Of a DNA stretch of 64,000 nucleotides, positions 58,122 to 64,000 are shown in pieces. Each line of letters begins with the position of its first letter. Positions within the stretch are counted from its first letter, which is position 1. The stretch is from Nitrososphaeria archaeon (GTDB lineage Archaea > Thermoproteota > Nitrososphaeria > JACIWG01). The translations under genes and the position numbers were made by a program. The notes under the pieces were generated by a model that worked only from the letters and a program-made list of their open reading frames with translations, did not search any database and had not been told where the DNA came from. The stretch covers positions 70,167 to 134,166 of the forward strand of contig JBEKIG010000001.1 of the NCBI GenBank assembly GCA_050011875.1. The letters are read 5' to 3'.

Positions 58122-58827
58122 TTAAGTGACCTCAGGGTACGGTGTGATAACTATCTCATCCCGCTTCATAATTGTGTATTGATAGAATTTCATATCATGT
58201 CTTGTCCCTCTCATTTTTACAACCATCATTCTTCTTTTCAGCTCTCCTTTAACTAGTAGAGTTCCAAGTAATATTATTCCTTCGGCTACGAATTCCTCAA
58301 CATCGGATCCGAGACCTTTCTCGCCCAAAGGTTTTTCTGATATTAAAAATGTTGTAAAATCGATCTTTCTGAGCAACTTCTGGATTACGGAAATTGTTGT
58401 CCTAACCTCTTGCTTTTCACTAAAAGCTAAAGTTAGAGCAGTTATAGAGTCTATCACCATTCTTTTCGCACCAAAAAATTCTGGCCTCTTCAAGTACGGT
58501 ATCTAATACTGATTGTAAGCCGATTTTGCTCGTTGCGACAAAATCGAGTATTTTAATCATTCCTTCTTTTTCTAGATGATCAAGATCCTAACCCAACGGA
58601 AACATGTATTGTTTTAACGCGCTATAACTCCCATTAAATGTTATAATCAACCCCTTGTCGGAGTATTTGGTAGCTCCATTGAGAAGGAACTGTATCGAAA
58701 GTATCGTCTTACCGCTTCCTGGTCCACCAGTAATAAACGTAACAAAATCCTTTGAAATTCCTCCTCCCAGTATATTATCTAACTCTGATAACCCCGTCTG
58801 TATTTTTTCTAAAGCCATTCCAGTCAC
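58122..58827 (-). pseudogene. KaiC/RadA-like RecA-superfamily ATPase, split by frameshift
   Basis: The N-terminal piece (58588..58827) carries Walker A GGPGSGKT and the KaiC-like SELDNILGGGI motif. The C-terminal piece (58122..58493) carries VVKMRGTRHD (the KaiC KMRG..H motif). The two pieces are in different frames and are separated by about 95 nt containing stops. Confidence 0.55.
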
Positions 58828-59021
58828 CTAAAAATTTCGAAAACAAACCTTTGAGAATTTTCTGTCGTCTTATCATCCTCCAACCTTTTTACTGAAACTC
58901 TCTTACCCGAAATCTCTTCTAATCCGCCACAAAATATCCCTCTTAATACGTTTTCAGTCATCTGATTCTTGAACAGAATCTTCGAAATCGTAAAGTTGCC
59001 AACACCTTTCTCGTAGTCGAT

Positions 59022-59546
59022 CTAATTAAATACTATTTCTCCCCATTCTCTTGACTGAAAGACCCTTCCAAAGTTAAGCATCAATTCGTTCAAAGATTTA
59101 ATGGAAACGACTAGATGCCTTACATAACATCTACCAATCGACTGGCCTATGTTAAAAAGGATCACAGAGCCGGATACACCAAATATATCTTTTATTGAAG
59201 ACGCTATACTATCCCATTCTGCCGTATTTGTTTCTATAATATCCTCCGCATCTATTTTTGGAGCGACTTTAACTAGACCTTTTTTAACTAGCTCTTTGTT
59301 AACGTCAACCCTGTAACCCTTTATTATACCAATTTCCTCCATCCTCTTTATTCGTCTAGCTATCGTCCTGTCCGAAAGGCCGACTTTGTCGGCTATAGCT
59401 TTACAAGATGCCCGGGTATTCTCTTGAAGTGCTTCAATGATCTTCACATCTAAGGTATCGACATTTAGGGCGCTCATTGATTCTCTGAAAAATAACTTTC
59501 CATAAACGATATAAAAGTCTTTCTTCGAATGCATATATGCCAACAT
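59022..59546 (-). CDS. Lrp/AsnC-family transcriptional regulator
   Basis: HTH LDVKIIEALQENTRASCKAIADKVGLSDRTIARRIKRMEEIGII plus a C-terminal RAM domain. The likely true start is the internal MSALNVD at about 59477. Confidence 0.8.
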   Translation of the reverse strand: MLAYMHSKKDFYIVYGKLFFRESMSALNVDTLDVKIIEALQENTRASCKAIADKVGLSDRTIARRIKRMEEIGIIKGYRVDVNKELVKKGLVKVAPKIDAEDIIETNTAEWDSIASSIKDIFGVSGSVILFNIGQSIGRCYVRHLVVSIKSLNELMLNFGRVFQSREWGEIVFN

Positions 59547-59679
59547 TTGACTTATATGAGTTCTGTTAATTTTCTTGCATAATTTGAAAAATATTTTTTT
59601 ATTCCATATTTCGCCAAAGAGAAAAATTAAAATATAAAGTAATAAATTATATTTAGTATATTATCGTAGGTGCATATAC

Positions 59680-60432
59680 TTGAATCTGGACAAAGTTGTA
59701 TTAGGCTGTGAAGTAAATGTTCCAAAATATTGGCAAGATTCGTATCTAAACAAAAATAAAACTAGGATTTTGAGGGTTATGTTCGAAGATAAGAAGAATG
59801 TTTATCTAATTACAGAGGAAACAATCTTTCATCCAAAGTACGGTGGCCAGCCTTCTGATAAAGGAAGAGTCTATAACGAGAAATTTGTTATAAATGTTAA
59901 CAAAACTATGAAGTATAAGGGTATCGTTATCTTATATGGCAAAGTTGAGGTAGGTGAACCAAAGGAAGGTGAAGTTACTGAGGAGATTGACTGGTCTACA
60001 CGTTATCTGATGATGAGACGCCATACGGCTTCCCATCTATTTGATCATGCCCTAGAAGTGGTGACGGGGTCAAAGGTAGAAACGATAGACTCTTGGCTTG
60101 GAGATTCATGGTACATCTCTTTCAAAGGCTCCTCGCCAGGTGAAGAATTGCTCAGGAATGCCGTTGAATTAGAAAACAAAATCATAGCGGAGGGCTATGC
60201 TGTTTCGACAAGACTTGTTGATAGAAGTAGAATGTTAGAGGAGGCAAAAGACTCACCTAACTTGGCTCGTCTTCCTGAACTCGATTTCTACCGAATTGTC
60301 AAGATTAATGGCTTTGAAGACATAGCGTGCAGTGGTACTCATTTAAAAAATATTGCAGAGATAGGCAACATCGAATATGTTAGGTCAGAAACTGTGTCAG
60401 AAGGTTTTAAAGTGTACCTTAATCTTTTGTGA
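59680..60432 (+). CDS. AlaX-like alanyl-tRNA editing domain protein (second paralog)
   Basis: HTASHLFDH (HxxxH) and CSGTHL (CxxxH) Zn motifs of the tRNA-synthetase second additional domain. TTG start. Confidence 0.65.
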   Translation: MNLDKVVLGCEVNVPKYWQDSYLNKNKTRILRVMFEDKKNVYLITEETIFHPKYGGQPSDKGRVYNEKFVINVNKTMKYKGIVILYGKVEVGEPKEGEVTEEIDWSTRYLMMRRHTASHLFDHALEVVTGSKVETIDSWLGDSWYISFKGSSPGEELLRNAVELENKIIAEGYAVSTRLVDRSRMLEEAKDSPNLARLPELDFYRIVKINGFEDIACSGTHLKNIAEIGNIEYVRSETVSEGFKVYLNLL

Positions 60433-60910
60433 TTTGCTCCCTTTGATATCTTCCCCAATAACCTACATTAGCCTTCTTTTCGCTTTTAATTAAGATAAAC
60501 TGGACTATTCTCGCACCCTTTTCTATGGATATGGGATTATCAACTTTCAGCAAGATTCTTGAAAAACCTGTGTATCCAGAGTCCCATAACGCGGCTTCTA
60601 TGTACGCACCCATTCTTACCAGAGAAGATCTTGGCAGACAGAAGCCGACTGCATCTAAGGGGACACATATTTTTTCTTTAACTTGGAATACGTATACACC
60701 TTTATCTAGTGAAAAGAAATTCTCTTCATCCGGGTTAACCTCAACATATTCAGGTAGGACAACGTAGTTTTTGAAGATTTTACCTGATCCAATGATCTTG
60801 AAGAGCTTATCTAGCGTTAAGTCAACGCCATTAGGTTGAATCTGGTCCGCCTCTACTCCTAAAATATATTTTGCTGTATCTTCTCCTATCATAGCACTCA
60901 TTGTGAGCAC
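60419..60910 (-). CDS. dcd: dCTP deaminase / dUTPase family protein
   Basis: QPNGVDLTL, PRSSLVRMG and DSGYTGF, the classic dCTP-deaminase/dUTPase motifs. Length is 163 aa. Confidence 0.75.
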   Translation of the reverse strand: MLTMSAMIGEDTAKYILGVEADQIQPNGVDLTLDKLFKIIGSGKIFKNYVVLPEYVEVNPDEENFFSLDKGVYVFQVKEKICVPLDAVGFCLPRSSLVRMGAYIEAALWDSGYTGFSRILLKVDNPISIEKGARIVQFILIKSEKKANVGYWGRYQREQITKD

Positions 60911-60979
60911 AAGATGGATTACACAACAGGATAATAAAAAGATAGTCTTTAGTAGGATGGTTTACAACCATAATGCGAT

Positions 60980-60989
60980 AAATATATAT
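60980..60989 (+). promoter_or_regulatory. Candidate TATA box for tRNA-Tyr (aaatatatat)
   Basis: An AT-rich element centred about 35 nt upstream of the tRNA 5' end. Confidence 0.35.
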
Positions 60990-61019
60990 TGAGCAAAGAA
61001 AACTCCTCCACCTATCGAA

Positions 61020-61138
61020 CCCGGGGTAGCTCAGCCTGGCAGAGCTTCCGGCTGTAGAAGCTTGCCCTGGCAAACCTCATTCAGCCTGTCAGGCGTACAG
61101 ATACCGGAGCGTCGGGTGCTCAAATCACCCCCCCGGGA
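61020..61138 (+). tRNA. tRNA-Tyr (anticodon GUA) with 45-nt intron at canonical 37/38 position; CCA not encoded
   Basis: Hand-folded cloverleaf. Acceptor CCCGGGG/CCCCGGG is 7 bp. D arm GCTC-AGCCTGGCA-GAGC. Anticodon stem TCCGG/CCGGA with loop CT-GTA-G. The intron runs 61058..61102. Short variable loop GCGTC. T arm GGGTG-CTCAAAT-CACCC. Discriminator A. Confidence 0.75.
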
Positions 61139-61215
61139 CCTTTATTATAGAATATTACAAACACTGTCTCAAACTTGATGTAGCTACAAACCCCTAACAT
61201 TCGGAAAGATCACGG

Positions 61216-61396
61216 ATGAAGATTTCCGTAGAAAAAAATCACCTTACAAATTGAAGGAAATACGTTAATAGGTCGACTTTAGAGACCTGTAAAGCTCGAT
61301 GTTAAAGCTCCATTTGTCATTATATGTCATGGCTTTCCTGGTGATGCAAAGAACTCAAGACACAGATATTCTCTAATCAATTACACACATATATGA
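61216..61396 (+). pseudogene. Truncated, frameshifted N-terminal remnant of an alpha/beta-hydrolase (dienelactone-hydrolase/esterase-like) gene
   Basis: Three frame segments read MKISVEKNHLTN / KKITLQIEGNTLIGRL / (in-frame TAG) RPVKLDVKAPFVIICHGFPGDAKNSRHRYSLINYTHI then stop. This is the typical start of an alpha/beta hydrolase up to the HGF oxyanion motif. The nucleophile elbow and the rest of the gene are absent. Confidence 0.45.
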
Positions 61397-61623
61397 CTGA
61401 AGAAGTACTTATAAAATTGATGTAAATAGCTTAAAATTATTACGAGAATCTTTTTTTAAAGACTTGCTGGATCGCATGATCTTTTAAGATTCAATAAAGG
61501 ATTATATTAAACGACTTCTTTGCTGGCTTAAATGTTTTCAACCCCATAAAAGATTTAAATGTGGAAATAGGGACAAACTGCATAGTTAGAGGGAAATATT
61601 TGGATCCTACAAACCAACCTCAG

Positions 61624-64000
61624 ATGAAACTTGTTGAATTTATGCGATTAACAGATAACGTTTCCAAAAAAATTCATGGTGTACTAAACGAACGGGAAAT
61701 TTTTAATATTTTGAAGGAGGAATTTTCTAAATCAAAGAAATATGATATTACAATACTGTTAACAAATAATGACAGAACCAAGCTTGACATGGAAGAAACA
61801 TCTCTGATTCTTAAGAACCTTAAGAAAATACAAAAGATTACTGGCTTAGGAATCAGTAAATACAATATTGAATTAAATAAATCTAAAATTTTCAATAGAG
61901 TCGTAAACGATTGTGAAACATTTGAGGTAAAGACTGGTGATATAATTAGTGAAATTCTTCCTACACCCTTCGCATACCTTGTAACCAGGATGATAGGTCT
62001 GGTAGGAAAAAATACTGTGGTAACACCTTTAAATCGAGAAGGAAAAATTGTAGGAGCTTTAGCTATCTCATCTTCTGAGCAAACAGAGCATTTAATGCTC
62101 CCTGTAAAAAACCTAGCTCAGAATATTTCGATTTCGCTTGAACTCATAGATAGGCACAACGATCTTTTGAAGACAGAAAAAGCACTAGAACAAGAACGTA
62201 ACAAAGCTCAGAAGTACCTAGACGCAGCTGGTTTGATCACACTTTTCATAGACGTTAACGGGTTTGTTCAAAGCATTAATCGGAAAGGAAGCGAATTTTT
62301 AGGATATACAATGCAGGAAATTGTTGGCAAAAATTGGATAGATAACTTCCTACCTGAGAAATCTAGGGAACATGTTAGAATGATATTCACAAATATTGTT
62401 CAAGATCCAACGGAATCGAATTCCCACTATGAAAATTCAGTACTAACGCGCAAGGATGGAGAGCGGTTTCTTACTTGGAATGGCATTCGATTGGAAGATT
62501 CCGATGGCAAGGTTATAGGGATATTAAATTCAGGGAACGATATCACAGAGCACAAGAAAACAGAAGACGAGTTGAGAGCAAGTCAAAGGACTCTTTCATC
62601 ACTAATGAGTAATTTGAGCGGTATGATGTATCGTCGATCCAACGATAATAATTGGACGATGTCGTTCGTCAGTGACGGATGTTTTGACCTTACGGGTTAC
62701 CTTCCATCTGATTTTGTAAAAAATAAGATATCGTACAGCCAGCTAGTACATTCCAGGGACAAAAAAAAGATTCTTGACGCAATTCAAAAATCCTTAACTG
62801 AATCAAAATCTTTTAAAATAGAATACAGGATTTTCACAGCAAATGGTGAAATGAAATGGGTATGGGAAGAGGGTCACGTTATTTCCTCCGGAACTGGTTC
62901 ATATGCTACTCTAGAAGGCTACGTAACCGAAACTACTGTGAGGAAGAAGATAGAAGAGGAGTTAAAGAAGTCAGAAGAAAGCTTCAGGAAGCTGGCAGAA
63001 AACGCGTCAGACATTATCTTTCTGTACGACCTAATAAGAGGTTACGATTATATGAGCCCAGCCTGCATTAAAATAACCGGCTACACTCCCGAGGAATTTT
63101 ATGCAGATAAAAATCTGACTTATAGAACAGTTCACCCTGACGACGTTCACGAATTAACTAAAATGATGGAGGAAGTTAATAAACAGAGAATCCCCGTTCA
63201 ATCAGAAATACGCTGGAGGCACAAGAAAGGTAAGATTGTGTGGACTGAACAGACTTATATTCCAATTCAGGATGAGAAAGGTGACCTTATTGCTTTTGAG
63301 GGCATAGTTAGAGATATTACAGAACGTAAACAAATAGAAGAGGATAGGAGACGCTTTGAAGATAGACTTTCCGCCCTAAATTTTTATGGTGTTACATTGA
63401 ACTCTGCTCAAAACCAGCAGCAAGTTTTCGATCTAACTCTTAACGCTGTAGAGAAAGCACTAGGTTTTGAGTATGCGGCATTCTTGATAATGGACCGAGG
63501 ATACCTCCGACTGGCAAGTCAGAGGGGCATCTCTAGAACTCTTATAAAGGAACTACCTATTGATGACTCAAAAAGAGGAATTGACATTAGAGCATACAAC
63601 ACTCGCAAAGCTATACTCGTAGATGACGTTTGGAAGGATAGAGATTACGTTGAAAATATTCCAGGCATAAGGTCAAAGCTTGTCGTCCCCGTTGAAATTG
63701 AAGACAGAGTAATAGGTGTTTTAAACATACAAAGCAAGAAGGTTGGCGCATTTGATGGAAGAGATATGAAGTTACTCCAGATTTTAGCTTCTCATGCTGC
63801 TGCGGCTATTAGTAGCAAAGAGAAACAAGCTGAAATAGAGAGAAGATCGAACCAACTCTCTTCTCTTATGAAAAGTTCTGCAGAGATTATTCATACAACT
63901 GATCTCTATCAAAGACTAAGTGTGACTGCAAATGCAATAAGAGATTTGGGTTGGAGAAGGGTCGTTATAACGTTAAGAGACGAAAATTTAGAAGTGAAAA
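61624..64000 (+). CDS. Multi-domain sensory protein (N-terminal domain, three PAS-like modules, GAF domain), 5' partial ORF continuing beyond window; likely sensor histidine kinase
   Basis: There is no stop in frame from 61498 to 64000 (792+ codons from the ATG at 61624). The PAS-type linkers NDITEHKKTEDELRAS and VRDITERKQIEEDRRRFEDRL are present. A GAF-like block VVPVEIEDRVIGVLNIQSKK follows. It is not in the supplied ORF track because it is open at the window edge. Confidence 0.7.
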   Translation, partial: MKLVEFMRLTDNVSKKIHGVLNEREIFNILKEEFSKSKKYDITILLTNNDRTKLDMEETSLILKNLKKIQKITGLGISKYNIELNKSKIFNRVVNDCETFEVKTGDIISEILPTPFAYLVTRMIGLVGKNTVVTPLNREGKIVGALAISSSEQTEHLMLPVKNLAQNISISLELIDRHNDLLKTEKALEQERNKAQKYLDAAGLITLFIDVNGFVQSINRKGSEFLGYTMQEIVGKNWIDNFLPEKSREHVRMIFTNIVQDPTESNSHYENSVLTRKDGERFLTWNGIRLEDSDGKVIGILNSGNDITEHKKTEDELRASQRTLSSLMSNLSGMMYRRSNDNNWTMSFVSDGCFDLTGYLPSDFVKNKISYSQLVHSRDKKKILDAIQKSLTESKSFKIEYRIFTANGEMKWVWEEGHVISSGTGSYATLEGYVTETTVRKKIEEELKKSEESFRKLAENASDIIFLYDLIRGYDYMSPACIKITGYTPEEFYADKNLTYRTVHPDDVHELTKMMEEVNKQRIPVQSEIRWRHKKGKIVWTEQTYIPIQDEKGDLIAFEGIVRDITERKQIEEDRRRFEDRLSALNFYGVTLNSAQNQQQVFDLTLNAVEKALGFEYAAFLIMDRGYLRLASQRGISRTLIKELPIDDSKRGIDIRAYNTRKAILVDDVWKDRDYVENIPGIRSKLVVPVEIEDRVIGVLNIQSKKVGAFDGRDMKLLQILASHAAAAISSKEKQAEIERRSNQLSSLMKSSAEIIHTTDLYQRLSVTANAIRDLGWRRVVITLRDENLEVK

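Noticed and set aside
58023-58256. 77-aa ORF between hoxH and the KaiC-like fragments
   Set aside because: It is antisense to and overlaps the C-terminal KaiC-like fragment, and has no motifs.
1-64000. CRISPR arrays, cas genes, transposases/IS elements, integrases, reverse transcriptases (retron/DGR)
   Set aside because: I found no regularly spaced direct repeats, and none of the translations carry the DDE/HUH, tyrosine-recombinase or RT motifs I scanned for. The only mobility hints are the decayed gene stubs noted in the findings.

Overview
This 64 kb window reads as archaeal chromosome with low GC (my eyeball estimate is about 40%). The archaeal assignment rests on TBP, TFB, aSUI1/eIF1, a Sec11-type signal peptidase, an Lrp/AsnC regulator, a KaiC-like ATPase, MoeA fused to a PBP-like domain, and a tRNA-Tyr with a canonical 37/38 intron. 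Coding density is high and most genes are housekeeping or metabolic: an aldo/keto reductase with an Fe-S tail, a TPP enzyme, an AmmeMemoRadiSam-type radical SAM enzyme, two MoeA paralogs, threonine aldolase, endonuclease IV, glutamate dehydrogenase, and a GlcD/GlcF-like FAD/Fe-S oxidase pair. There is a seven-gene minus-strand operon for an Opp/Dpp-type ABC transporter with an 868-aa PKD-containing binding protein. Further genes include a flavodiiron protein, TBP, PyrE-like PRTase, a site-2 protease, RimI-like GNAT, aSUI1, TFB, an HDAC/AcuC-like enzyme, a SAM hydroxide adenosyltransferase, two AlaX editing paralogs, two dCTP-deaminase/dUTPase-fold paralogs, TrxB, a pyrolysin-like S8 protease, IMPase/FBPase, and an HpcH aldolase. 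A complete five-gene NuoE/NuoF/HoxU/HoxY/HoxH bidirectional [NiFe] hydrogenase cluster (group 3d-like) is present.

The ORF track missed two things. One is an intron-containing tRNA-Tyr(GUA) at 61020..61138. The other is a long partial GAF/PAS-rich sensor ORF at 61624..64000 that runs off the window end.

The candidates I rank highest for novelty are:
- A translationally coupled pair of a secreted glycoprotein and a Sec11/SipW-type signal peptidase (25758..27295), reminiscent of bacterial TasA-SipW and archaeal bundling-pilus loci.
- An HTH-Mrr_cat nuclease with two small coiled-coil ORFs trailing the opp operon (16878..18322).
- An uncharacterised three-gene module (stop-start small ORF, 2x[4Fe-4S]-domain protein, Cys-rich 210-aa protein) plus a membrane protein (29076..31302).
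- A disrupted KaiC-like ATPase beside the hydrogenase.
- A decayed alpha/beta-hydrolase gene stub directly downstream of the tRNA, with a second decayed region at 47.5..48.3 kb.

I found no CRISPR array, transposase, integrase or reverse transcriptase. All functional calls come from motif-level reading of the translations and have not been checked against any database.
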